Virus record (IMG/VR): IMGVR_UViG_3300037419_001104
Coordinates: 1 to 27,510 of that record
DNA: 27,510 bases
Source of the DNA: a virus
Taxonomy: Duplodnaviria; Caudoviricetes
Reading direction: 5' to 3' (one strand)
Part shown: piece after piece, positions 16,977 through 25,616 of the stretch
Position numbering within the stretch: position 1 is the first letter of the stretch
Layout: every line of letters starts with the position of its first letter
The notes under the pieces: model-generated
Databases searched by the model: none
What the model saw: only the letters and a program-made list of their open reading frames with translations
Told to the model about the DNA's origin: nothing
Program-made: the position numbers and the translations under genes

Positions 16977-17891
16977 GTGGCCAACATCATCTATGCCGCC
17001 CCGTACACTCCGCCGAACCCTCCAGCCCCGGATGATCCGTGGCCGGGGCTGGAGATGACGTGGACCGGTTGGGACGGGAGCTTCTGGGACATCGGCAACG
17101 CCTTGGAGGGCATCTCACTCCAAGCCGGAGTTCGTGGCCTGAACATGCCACCGATCGAGCATTACAAGGACGAGTACGCCGCCGTGTACGGCGCCCGCTG
17201 GCGTGGCCTGACCGTGAAGCAGCGCGAAATCTTCTGGCCGGTCTTCATCTACAGCGACGCCGGTTCCATGGGCTGGACCCTTCGGGACCGGGCGTTCTGG
17301 AAGACCATGAACCCGAAGCAGACGGGCCTCTGGACGGTAATCCAATCGTCCGGTGAGGCACGCACGCTCCAGTGCAGGTTCCGGGACGACGGCGGTCACG
17401 CCGTTGACCTGATCCCGCAGAAGACGGGCTGGGCTAAGTACGGGCTCTACCTTGATGCCGAACAGCCGATGTGGGAAGGGCCGGAGATCGCACGCCGGTT
17501 CAAGGCGGCTTCCTCCTCGACAGGCTTCGCCTCATACCCATGGCAGATCGACTCCGGTCACGGCGCATCGAACGCAACGGTGGACAACCCGGGCGACGAC
17601 GATTCGTGGCCGGTCTGGGAGATCGAAGGGCCCATCACTTCCGTGACAGTCGGCGTGGATGGACGCACCGTAGTCGCGCCCGTCACTTTGCTGGCTGGCG
17701 AGAAGCTCGTCATCGACACGCACCCGACCGCCCAGACGGCGTTGAAGGACGGCGTGGACGTGTTCACGTCGTTGACTGCCACGGACTGGGCGCCAGTGCC
17801 CGCGGGGGAAGCTATCCCGCTCACCATCTCGATTACGGGCACCGGCCTTGTTTGGTGCCGGTTCAAACCGCAGCATTACAGGGCGTGGTGA
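16977..17891 (+). CDS. Minor tail protein (distal tail/Dit-like)
   Basis: First gene after tape measure. MTWTGWDGSFWD, VDNPGDDDSWPVWEIEGP, C-terminal HYRAW. Confidence 0.85.
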   Translation: MANIIYAAPYTPPNPPAPDDPWPGLEMTWTGWDGSFWDIGNALEGISLQAGVRGLNMPPIEHYKDEYAAVYGARWRGLTVKQREIFWPVFIYSDAGSMGWTLRDRAFWKTMNPKQTGLWTVIQSSGEARTLQCRFRDDGGHAVDLIPQKTGWAKYGLYLDAEQPMWEGPEIARRFKAASSSTGFASYPWQIDSGHGASNATVDNPGDDDSWPVWEIEGPITSVTVGVDGRTVVAPVTLLAGEKLVIDTHPTAQTALKDGVDVFTSLTATDWAPVPAGEAIPLTISITGTGLVWCRFKPQHYRAW

Positions 17892-17892
17892 C

Positions 17893-19014
17893 GTGGAGAA
17901 CCCGTTCAAGTTCACCGTCTACGACAAATCGTTCGTCGCGAAGTGTGAGGTCAACGACCCGCTGTCGCTGGTGATGACTCCCCGTCATAACCAGAAGGGC
18001 AGCGGGTTCCTTATTGTCGGCTCCGATCACCCGAAGCTCGACCACCTCACGGCGCAGGGTGCGCGGTTCGTGTGCACCTACTTCGGAGAGTTCCTCATGT
18101 CGGGGAAGATCCACATACGTGCCGGTCAGGGACCGAAGGCGAAGGGCACTGTCACCCTCTACCTTGAGGACGACTTCCGGTTGCTGGGCAACACTCGCGG
18201 CTGGCCCGTGCCTACTGCGGCGCTGACCGCACAGACGAGTGAGTACTACACGGTCACGGGCGACGCGGAAACCATCGTCAAGGACGTGGTGACCCAGAAC
18301 ATCACCAACCGTCTTGGGCGCCCGGTCACCTGTGCAACGAACCTGAACCGGGGGGCCACGGTCCCGTCCGGGCTGAAGTTCCGGTTCGAGAAACTCCAGG
18401 ACGTCCTGTTCCCCGCCGTGGAGCAGGCTGGCCTTGGTGTGACATTTCGGCAGTCGGGGACGGGCATCGTCTGTGACGTCTACGAACCGGGCGTGTACGA
18501 CCATCCGCTCACCGAGGAGTCGGGCATCGTCCAGGCGTGGTCGTTCTCTGAGGCTGACGCTGAGGCGACGCGGGTCGTCGTTGGCGGCTCAGGTGACGGG
18601 ACTGCCCGTGTCTTCCGTGGCGTCCCCGACTCAGCGCTTGAGACGGCGGAGAACGACGTCATCGAATTGTTCGTTGACGCCCGCGACGAATCCGACAACA
18701 CCAAGCTCGACGCCCGCGGACAGACCGCCCTGGATGAGAACGCTGGCAAGGCCGGCTTCTCCCTGACGCTCTCCGAGACGGACAACTTCCGCTACGGCGG
18801 CACGAATGGCCTGCATGTCGGGGACACCGTGACAGTCGATCTTGGATTCACCTCCCGCACTGACGTGTTGCGTGAGGTCACCCTCTCCTACGCCCGCGAC
18901 GGGCTCAAGGTAACCCCAGTCATCGGGGATGTGCGCGACACCCCGGATAAGCGCCTCGCGATGGCGATCCGGAAGATCTGGACCTCCGTAGAAAACCTGA
19001 AAGTGAGAAAGTAA
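17893..19014 (+). CDS. Minor tail protein (baseplate hub, Gp37-like)
   Basis: Second gene after tape measure. ATRVVVGGSGDGTARVF, ELFVDARD, FRYG...VGDTVTV. Start moved to GTG 17893. Confidence 0.85.
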   Translation: MENPFKFTVYDKSFVAKCEVNDPLSLVMTPRHNQKGSGFLIVGSDHPKLDHLTAQGARFVCTYFGEFLMSGKIHIRAGQGPKAKGTVTLYLEDDFRLLGNTRGWPVPTAALTAQTSEYYTVTGDAETIVKDVVTQNITNRLGRPVTCATNLNRGATVPSGLKFRFEKLQDVLFPAVEQAGLGVTFRQSGTGIVCDVYEPGVYDHPLTEESGIVQAWSFSEADAEATRVVVGGSGDGTARVFRGVPDSALETAENDVIELFVDARDESDNTKLDARGQTALDENAGKAGFSLTLSETDNFRYGGTNGLHVGDTVTVDLGFTSRTDVLREVTLSYARDGLKVTPVIGDVRDTPDKRLAMAIRKIWTSVENLKVRK

Positions 19015-19955
19015 TGACGATTACCTCCGTTTTCTACGACGGACCTGTAACTGAAAGCCAGTGGGCGAACGCGTCGCACCGTGTCGGCTCATCCGAGTGT
19101 GGTGTCCTCGGCGGAAACGACTGGAAAGTCACCGCCCACCCGACCGACGCGCTGAAGGTCAACGTCAACACCGGCTCGGGCTGGGCGCATGGGATCTCGG
19201 ACTCGTCTAACTCCGTTGTCACGATCACCTGTGATGCTATCGCGGCGGGGGCGACCCGGTACGACCTGATTTCCTGCTACCGGGATTGGCAGCCGTCCAG
19301 CGGCGGGCCGACGACGTTCCGGAAGGTCAACGGCTCCACGGCCCGCACGATCCCGGCGAGCCGCGCGAACTCGCCAGGCACGACCTTTGATCAGCCGCTC
19401 GCGCTGGTCAAGTGGGTGGGTGGCTTCTCCACCCCCCAGGAGATCGTGGATCTGCGGTGCTGGGCCGGTAACGGCGGCATGGTGGCAAAGGACAAGCTGG
19501 CGCTCGACTACCTCACCCGTCTGGGAACGCGGATCACGATCGACAAGACGGCATGGCTCAGCATGCCAGCCTCCGACGGCACGCAAACGTGGGTTCCTGA
19601 GGGCGCAGCGGGGGGCATGTCCCTGTTCGGCATCGGGGCCGCGCTGAACGGCTCCCCACCGTCAGGGCAGGTCTTCTTGCCCGAGATCGGAACAGTTGTC
19701 CTGAAGACGGACAACGCGGGCTTCGCGACCATGAACTGGCCCGTGGCGTTCCCCAACGGACTGCTGACCGTGATCGCCTGGAACGGCGACGAGTTCACCA
19801 CCGGCAGGGGTGTCACCGTCGCCGCGGCCGGCGGCACCTTCTGGCCCAACGGGTACGGCACGAAGACGGCTATCACCTTCTCCGTCTCGACCGCATCCGG
19901 TGCGGCCTACACCCTCAAGGACGTCCGCATTAACTGGATAGCCATCGGCTGGTAG
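19014..19955 (+). CDS. Minor tail protein with C-terminal fibre-tip-like domain
   Basis: TAATG coupling. RYDLI...QPLALV...IVDLRCW, and WPVAFPNG...INWIAIGW typical of fibre C-termini. Confidence 0.8.
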   Translation: MTITSVFYDGPVTESQWANASHRVGSSECGVLGGNDWKVTAHPTDALKVNVNTGSGWAHGISDSSNSVVTITCDAIAAGATRYDLISCYRDWQPSSGGPTTFRKVNGSTARTIPASRANSPGTTFDQPLALVKWVGGFSTPQEIVDLRCWAGNGGMVAKDKLALDYLTRLGTRITIDKTAWLSMPASDGTQTWVPEGAAGGMSLFGIGAALNGSPPSGQVFLPEIGTVVLKTDNAGFATMNWPVAFPNGLLTVIAWNGDEFTTGRGVTVAAAGGTFWPNGYGTKTAITFSVSTASGAAYTLKDVRINWIAIGW

Positions 19956-19967
19956 GAGCCACCTGAA

Positions 19968-20513
19968 ATGACTAATTACGATTACCCGGACACTCCTGCG
20001 ATCGACCCGCTGACCGGGAACGTGCCGTACGGCTCCTCGGGTCAACTGTTCGCCACGTCGGACACCACTCACACGTCCCCGCTGACAGCGACGGACCTGA
20101 CCACCGGTTCGTCCATCTCCACGTTCACCGTGTCCCAGCTGGGCTATGTGAAGAAGTTCCGCCTCGCTAACTACCCGGCCTGCATCTGGTGGGACGGGAC
20201 GTACGCGATTCTTCTGGAGGCTACCGGCGGGCGGATCCCCAACGGGGGTAACCCGGGGCAGGTGCTTTCGAAGGCCAGCTTCACTGACGGCGATACCGAG
20301 TGGATCGACCCGGTATCGGGTGGCGGCACGTTGACGGTCGCACCCGTTGACAAGGTGCGCCAGGACGAGACGACGGGCGTCATTCCGCCCCGGCCGACGA
20401 CAGACCCCAATGTGCTCGTGTTCTGGGACTGCTGGACAGAACCCACTCCCGTTACCTCCGGGACCGGAGGAGCTTACCCGCGCGACCTTTGGATTCGGAG
20501 AGATGCACCATGA
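19968..20513 (+). CDS. Minor tail / fibre adaptor protein
   Basis: TAGGAG SD. IPNGGNPGQVLSK...DTEW fibre-junction motif and C-terminal P...DLW motif. Confidence 0.7.
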   Translation: MTNYDYPDTPAIDPLTGNVPYGSSGQLFATSDTTHTSPLTATDLTTGSSISTFTVSQLGYVKKFRLANYPACIWWDGTYAILLEATGGRIPNGGNPGQVLSKASFTDGDTEWIDPVSGGGTLTVAPVDKVRQDETTGVIPPRPTTDPNVLVFWDCWTEPTPVTSGTGGAYPRDLWIRRDAP

Positions 20514-21718
20514 CATGGAAAACCAGCCTCCCTTACTATTTCGGGCTGGGCAGTTGGAAGCGGCGGGCGACCACCCAGACGGCGCCCGCCCCGTCCGACC
20601 CGCCACCCCCGGAACCAACCCCCTCACCATCGGTCAGGCCGTCCGGTCCCGGCTATGTTCGGTACGAGGACCTGTACGTCTCGGGCGACTCGCTCCAGGC
20701 GGTGTTCAACAAGGTCTCCGGTCAGTACGCCGGTAGTGTGCTGACCTTCCCCGCCGGCGAGTTCACGTGGTCGAACTTCACCAGCCCGACCGGCTGGCAC
20801 GACGGCATCCGCATCCCCACGACGTGCCGCGGCGTGGCTGGCTCCGGTATCGACGTCACCCGGTTCAAGATGGTCGCGAACTCGTCCACGCAGGCGTCCG
20901 TGGAACCCACGAGCGGAACCAACCCGCTGTACATGTGGTTCCTCGACAACAGCACCCTCAGCCCCTTGTTCCAGGACTTCACCTTTGTGGGCACGGAACA
21001 GGGCCACCACTACAACGGGCTCGGCATCGCGCACTCCCCGAACGCGACGTTCCAGCGAATCAAGTTCGTGGGGGCGAACCGAGGCTACTCGAACTACCCG
21101 CCCGGCGAGACGTTCAGCCTCGGCCAGAACTACTGCAACAACATGTCCGTCCTCGACTGCGAGTTCGACAACCGCGACGAGATCACGGGCACCCGCGTGG
21201 GCACATCCGGGCTGGGGTACAACAACAGCCAAAACGCGATCGTGAAGCGCACCTACCTGCACCACGGCGTGTCCGGCATGCTCACGTTCTGGAATCAGGT
21301 CGGGATCTACACCGAAGACGTCTACACGTGGTCTCAGGGCACGGGCGGCGGAAGCCTCGCCTCCTGCGGCATCAACCATGAGAACACCACGGGCGTCATC
21401 CGGCATATCCGCCCCAAAGTGATCGTGGCCGGCCGCTACTCGGATCAGTCCCTCACCCAGGACGGCGGCCTGCACTTCCAGTTCGGCAACTCGTTCGCTG
21501 ACATGCCCGACTGCGAGATCTACGACCCGATTTTCGACTGGTCCGAAAACGCGCAGCACTGCCTGGCGGTCGCGATCAACGACGGTTACCCCACGCAGTC
21601 CATCGTCACAATGCCGAAGGTCTACTTCAACGGCGTCCTGGCACGGTCCATTGACCGCAGCAACCCCGGCTCCCTCACGGGGGTCACACCGTCCAACGCG
21701 TGGTTCCGCTACCACTAA
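20510..21718 (+). CDS. Tailspike-like protein with probable parallel beta-helix (putative depolymerase/RBP), ~402 aa
   Basis: ATGA coupling. Pro-rich linker then LQAVFN...LTFPAGEF...GVAGSGIDVT and Asn/Gly-rich rungs. Confidence 0.72.
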   Translation: MTWKTSLPYYFGLGSWKRRATTQTAPAPSDPPPPEPTPSPSVRPSGPGYVRYEDLYVSGDSLQAVFNKVSGQYAGSVLTFPAGEFTWSNFTSPTGWHDGIRIPTTCRGVAGSGIDVTRFKMVANSSTQASVEPTSGTNPLYMWFLDNSTLSPLFQDFTFVGTEQGHHYNGLGIAHSPNATFQRIKFVGANRGYSNYPPGETFSLGQNYCNNMSVLDCEFDNRDEITGTRVGTSGLGYNNSQNAIVKRTYLHHGVSGMLTFWNQVGIYTEDVYTWSQGTGGGSLASCGINHENTTGVIRHIRPKVIVAGRYSDQSLTQDGGLHFQFGNSFADMPDCEIYDPIFDWSENAQHCLAVAINDGYPTQSIVTMPKVYFNGVLARSIDRSNPGSLTGVTPSNAWFRYH

Positions 21719-21733
21719 GAAAGAGACCATCTG

Positions 21734-23071
21734 ATGGCATTTTTCAAGCAGAGTTTCGAGACCGGGACCAGCGGATCGAACATTACTACGATCAGCTCTG
21801 GTGGTACGGGAGTAAACGCGTACAGCCAGGTGTCGGTGGGCACCGGGTCAACGTTCACGTTCGACAACGCCCGCGCCGCTCACGGCACGCTTTCGGCCAA
21901 GGTCGTCCCGGCTTCGGGCGTTTCGACGCTCGGCCTGTGGACGATCACGGCGACGGCGTTCGCCTACCGCGGCTACTTCTACGTCACGGCAAACGCGGTC
22001 GATGACCTTTACCTCGTGTACGTGACTGGCGCTTCCGGAATCGGCCGCGTCCTCTCGCTTCACTTGGACGGCAACGGGAAGATCGTCATTCGTGACCGTG
22101 ACACCGGGGCGCAGTACACCTCCGGTGCGAGCGTCCCGCTGAACGCATGGTTCCGGCTGGAACTGTACGCCGTGGTCGGCAACACCACGACCAACGGTGT
22201 TATCAAGTTCGGGATGTACACCGGCGACTCCACCACTCCGTTGGAGACGGTTTACAACGTCTCGAACGCGAACCTGAATGCCACCGGGTTCGACCAGTTG
22301 CAGCACGGTAAGTGCAACACGTCCACGTACGCTACCGCGTTCTGGATGGACGACGAACTGGTCAGCACGACGGCTACCGACCTCCTCGGCCCATATGTCG
22401 CGAACCTCCCGCCAACGGTCTCGGCAGGCGCCGACGCAACGGTCGTCAAGAACACCACGGCCACGCTGACGGCCACGGCGTCGGACCCTGACGGCACGAT
22501 TTCTTCCTACGCTTGGTCGTTCGACAGCATCCCCTCGGGTGCGTCCACGCCGAGCTTGACGGGTGGCTCCACGGCATCCGCGACGTTCACCCCGACTGTT
22601 GCTGGCGTTTACGTTGCCAGGATCACGGTTACGGACAACGGCGGCGCCACGGCATCTGCTACGCAAAGGGTTCTGGTCCCGTCCACATCCTTGCGGCCAA
22701 CGAGCACGACGTCGAACCCGGGCGGCTTCACAGTTGTCGGGGCTGGCACGGGCGCTGCGGCTCTGGCTGACGAACTGGATTCGACGTACATCGTGAGTGG
22801 GTCGGCCCCTGCGAATGCGGCTATCACGTTCGCGCTTGACGGTGTTCTGGAGTCTGGTATCCCCACGGTGAAGGTCCGCGCGGACATCGATACTGCGGTC
22901 GCCGGCACGGTGAAGGTAGAGCTCTTGGAGGGCACTACCGTGCGGGCAACGCAGACGTTCAGCGTAACGACCTCAATTCAGGAGTTCTCTCTGGTCCTGA
23001 CTTCCACGGAGAGTTCTTCGATCACTGACCGGTCAAACTTGTTCGTCCGGATCACGGCTAACCAGACCTAG
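21734..23071 (+). CDS. Virion protein with lectin-like beta-sandwich and PKD-like domain, 445 aa
   Basis: SFETGT...VPLNAWFRLEL...FWMDD (ConA/LamG-like), then NLPPTVSAGAD...ASDPDGTISSYAWS...GVYVARITVTDNGGAT (PKD). Confidence 0.75.
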   Translation: MAFFKQSFETGTSGSNITTISSGGTGVNAYSQVSVGTGSTFTFDNARAAHGTLSAKVVPASGVSTLGLWTITATAFAYRGYFYVTANAVDDLYLVYVTGASGIGRVLSLHLDGNGKIVIRDRDTGAQYTSGASVPLNAWFRLELYAVVGNTTTNGVIKFGMYTGDSTTPLETVYNVSNANLNATGFDQLQHGKCNTSTYATAFWMDDELVSTTATDLLGPYVANLPPTVSAGADATVVKNTTATLTATASDPDGTISSYAWSFDSIPSGASTPSLTGGSTASATFTPTVAGVYVARITVTDNGGATASATQRVLVPSTSLRPTSTTSNPGGFTVVGAGTGAAALADELDSTYIVSGSAPANAAITFALDGVLESGIPTVKVRADIDTAVAGTVKVELLEGTTVRATQTFSVTTSIQEFSLVLTSTESSSITDRSNLFVRITANQT

Positions 23072-23080
23072 GAGGCCTCG

Positions 23081-23587
23081 GTGGCTACGATCCGTGTTTA
23101 CCGATCTGAACTGACGGCCCCCGGCAACCAGACGACCATCCGCGTGTACCGGGCCGAGGTGTCGGTCTCGTCCCGCGTGCGGGTGTACCGGGCGGAAGCG
23201 ACGGCCACGGGTGGCAACTCCAAGATCAGGGTCTACCGGGCCGAGGCCACGGTCAGCGGCCTGACTTTGGGCCCGAACCTTGTCGGCGTGGAACCGTGGA
23301 CCACAGTGACCCTCACGGCGGCGGCGCCGGACACGCCGACGTCGTGGACGTTCAACCAAGTGTCCGGGCCTGCCGTGACTCTCGTACCGCTGGATAACAC
23401 GGTGTCTTTCGTGGCACCGCCCAGCAAGACAACACAAACGGTGGTCCTGTCTGTCACGGCTCACTACACGGGCGGCGCAACTCGCACGTCCCCGAACACC
23501 AGCGTGGAGATCCTGTACGCCACGGAGTACATCAACATCCACGGCGTGTGGTCTCCGTGCCGGATTCAATGGTGGGATGCGCCATGA
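23081..23587 (+). CDS. Virion-associated protein with four RVYR(A/S)E repeats and a PKD-like domain
   Basis: TAGGAGG SD. Four (I/V)RVYR(A/S)E units. WTFNQVSGPAVTL...SFVAP is PKD-like. Confidence 0.7.
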   Translation: MATIRVYRSELTAPGNQTTIRVYRAEVSVSSRVRVYRAEATATGGNSKIRVYRAEATVSGLTLGPNLVGVEPWTTVTLTAAAPDTPTSWTFNQVSGPAVTLVPLDNTVSFVAPPSKTTQTVVLSVTAHYTGGATRTSPNTSVEILYATEYINIHGVWSPCRIQWWDAP

Positions 23588-23892
23588 GTGAGGCCGTGAT
23601 CATTGCACTCATCTCGACGTTCGGGACGGTCCTCGTTGCAATTCTGGGCCTGCTGGGGAAGCTCGCGTTCGACATGTTCCAGGTGAAGAAGGACGCGGCG
23701 GTCACGAAAGAGCAGACCACGAATTCACACACCACGAACTTGCGTGACGACCTCACCCACGTGAAGGAAACCGTTACGGCGATCCTCGCAAAGCAGGACG
23801 AGCTTGTCATATCAGACAAGGCCCAGTGGAAAGCCATCGAGAAGCTGAATCCCACAACGACAATCCACATCAACGCGGAGCCCGGAACATGA
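23584..23892 (+). CDS. Membrane protein, single N-terminal TM plus coiled coil (lysis cassette-associated), 102 aa
   Basis: ATGA overlaps on both sides. Hydrophobic N-terminus. EQTTNSHTTNLRDDL motif. Confidence 0.8.
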   Translation: MSEAVIIALISTFGTVLVAILGLLGKLAFDMFQVKKDAAVTKEQTTNSHTTNLRDDLTHVKETVTAILAKQDELVISDKAQWKAIEKLNPTTTIHINAEPGT

Positions 23893-24590
23893 ACATTGAC
23901 GAATCCCTGACAGCGAAGGGCTTCACGCCTGCTGCCTATGTGCCGCAGGTCTACGGTCGGCCCAGGACGATTGAATCAATCACCATCCACTGGTGGGGAG
24001 CCTACGGGCAAACCCACGAGGGAGTGGTGAACTTCTTCGTGAATGGACCTGGCCAGACGTCGGCGCACTTCGTGGCGTCCGAGGGCAAGGTGCACTGCCT
24101 GGTCTCCCCGCTGGACGCGGCGTGGCATGCCGGGAACCCGGTCGGCAACGCCACCTCCATCGGCATCGAGTGCCGCCCCGAGGGAACAGACGGCGACTAT
24201 CAGACCATCAGTGAATTGATCCGCTGGCTGCGCGAGCAGTACGGGGACCTTCCACTGATCCCGCACCGTGACTGGCAGTCAACAGCATGCCCGGGCACCT
24301 ACGACCTCGCCAGACTGGACGCCATGGCGAGGTCACTCCCAGCAGCCGCCCCTGCGACGGCTCCCGCACCGAAGGAAGACGACGACATGGTAACCATCAC
24401 CCTCATGGACGACGGCAATGGGAAGCTTTACGCCACGTCCGACTTCATCACCAAGTGGCATGTACCTGACCCCTCGTGGATCACGCACTACCGCAACATC
24501 GAGAAGTACGGCTTCATAAAGCTGCGCCGCGACTCCAAGGGCAACGACATTCTCAAGATGCCAGCATTCGGCGCCGAGGTGGAGAAGTGA
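23889..24590 (+). CDS. Endolysin, N-acetylmuramoyl-L-alanine amidase (Amidase_2), 233 aa
   Basis: ITIHWWG, SAHF, AWHAG, SIGIEC and PHRDWQSTACPG zinc-amidase motifs. Ala/Pro linker then a C-terminal domain. Confidence 0.93.
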   Translation: MNIDESLTAKGFTPAAYVPQVYGRPRTIESITIHWWGAYGQTHEGVVNFFVNGPGQTSAHFVASEGKVHCLVSPLDAAWHAGNPVGNATSIGIECRPEGTDGDYQTISELIRWLREQYGDLPLIPHRDWQSTACPGTYDLARLDAMARSLPAAAPATAPAPKEDDDMVTITLMDDGNGKLYATSDFITKWHVPDPSWITHYRNIEKYGFIKLRRDSKGNDILKMPAFGAEVEK

Positions 24591-24898
24591 TCATTTTCGA
24601 TGTGCCTTTGTGGCAGGTTCTTACCCTGCTGGCGGCAACTATTTTGCCGTTACTGGTGGGGTTGGTGACGACCCGGGAAACAAATCCCGTTCGTAAGGCT
24701 ACTTACCTTGCTGCCCTTTCCGTGCTGACAAATTTGGCGACGGAACTCGCGCACGCTTTGCAGTCCGGGACGGAATATAACCTGGGCCTCGCGCTACTGC
24801 TCGGGCTGGGCACTTTCCTCGTCGGCGTCGGTACGCACTTCGGTCTTTGGAAGCCAACAGGAATAGCAAGTAAGCTTCAGGATTTAGGTACAAACTAA
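24587..24898 (+). CDS. Holin, ~103 aa
   Basis: GTGA overlap with lysin. About three hydrophobic segments. LPLLVGLVTT...HFGLWKPTG motif. Confidence 0.85.
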   Translation: MIIFDVPLWQVLTLLAATILPLLVGLVTTRETNPVRKATYLAALSVLTNLATELAHALQSGTEYNLGLALLLGLGTFLVGVGTHFGLWKPTGIASKLQDLGTN

Positions 24899-24903
24899 GA
24901 GAT

Positions 24904-24955
24904 GCCCCCAGTGCGCCCCTATTTTAGGGCACGTACTGGGGGCTTGCTCTTGTTT
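24904..24955 (+). terminator. Intrinsic terminator ending the late operon
   Basis: GCCCCCAGTGCG/CGTACTGGGGGC stem with inner CCCTA/TAGGG, followed by TTGCTCTTGTTT. Confidence 0.78.
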
Positions 24956-25095
24956 AACGCCTAGGAAATGGTCAAGTAGCTCAAGATTTCCCAAGTATTT
25001 GGGCAAGAAGTGCCAGCTTTGGCTCAAAGTGATTAATCATGGACTGTATTCGCATATACGACTTACCAAATATTTTTATGGGGGCTGAGCAACCA

Positions 25096-25335
25096 ATGAA
25101 CATTTCAGTAAACACCGCACCTTCCGGCTTCTGCCTCGACGATGAGGCGGCGCAGAATGGGTTCGAGGTTTGGCGGGGGCCGGTGGAACCGGCAGGGGAC
25201 GTAGCGGTCGTGAGTGACTACTCCCCGGACGACGGGCTGACCATCTCCTTGGTCGGGAAGACAAGCGGGCTGTCTCGGATCGAGGCAACCCTTCTCCGGG
25301 ATCGGCTCAGTGCCCTCCTGGACACCTTGGGCTGA
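25096..25335 (+). CDS. Hypothetical protein, ~79 aa
   Basis: Coding-like GC resumes at ATG 25096 after an AT-rich spacer. Alternative start 25039. No recognised motif. Confidence 0.6.
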   Translation: MNISVNTAPSGFCLDDEAAQNGFEVWRGPVEPAGDVAVVSDYSPDDGLTISLVGKTSGLSRIEATLLRDRLSALLDTLG

Positions 25336-25341
25336 GGGCGT

Positions 25342-25570
25342 TTAGTCCGCAAAAAGTCCGCAAGAATCTCCACAAGGCGCAGTTTCCGGCAGCCCCCGCC
25401 AGTCAAAAAACCGCGCCAATTCAACGAACACAGCACCGTACAGTACTGCACAACAAGGTAGTAAATGTTCGAGCTCTACTACGGCGTCTAGCCAAGATCG
25501 TTGGATTGGCGCGGGCAGAATCGGCCATAAGGCGCGGTTAGTCCGCAAATAGTCCGCAAAAATCCGGACA
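25342..25570. other. attP site: arm-type repeats flanking a core
   Basis: AGTCCGCAA at 25344, 25355, 25540 and 25551 (degenerate copy at 25561). Core GTAGTAAAT-GTTCGAG-CTCTACTAC at 25458-25482. Adjacent to the int 3' end. Confidence 0.88.
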
Positions 25571-25572
25571 GA

Positions 25573-25607
25573 GAAAAAGGCGGGTCCCAAACGGGGCCCG
25601 CCTTTTC
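25573..25607. terminator. Bidirectional intrinsic terminator downstream of int
   Basis: AAAAAGGCGGGTCCC-AAAC-GGGGCCCGCCTTTT. Confidence 0.88.
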
Positions 25608-25616
25608 GTCGTCAGC

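Noticed and set aside
20495-23587. Two tail proteins both ending in DAP-stop
   Set aside because: Explained by the overlapping SD plus ATGA start of the next gene constraining the last codons.
25467-25473. GTTCGAG as the T-loop of a tRNA-type att core
   Set aside because: Flanks do not form a T-stem or acceptor strand. The GlnA-like reading frame explains the whole 25 bp better.
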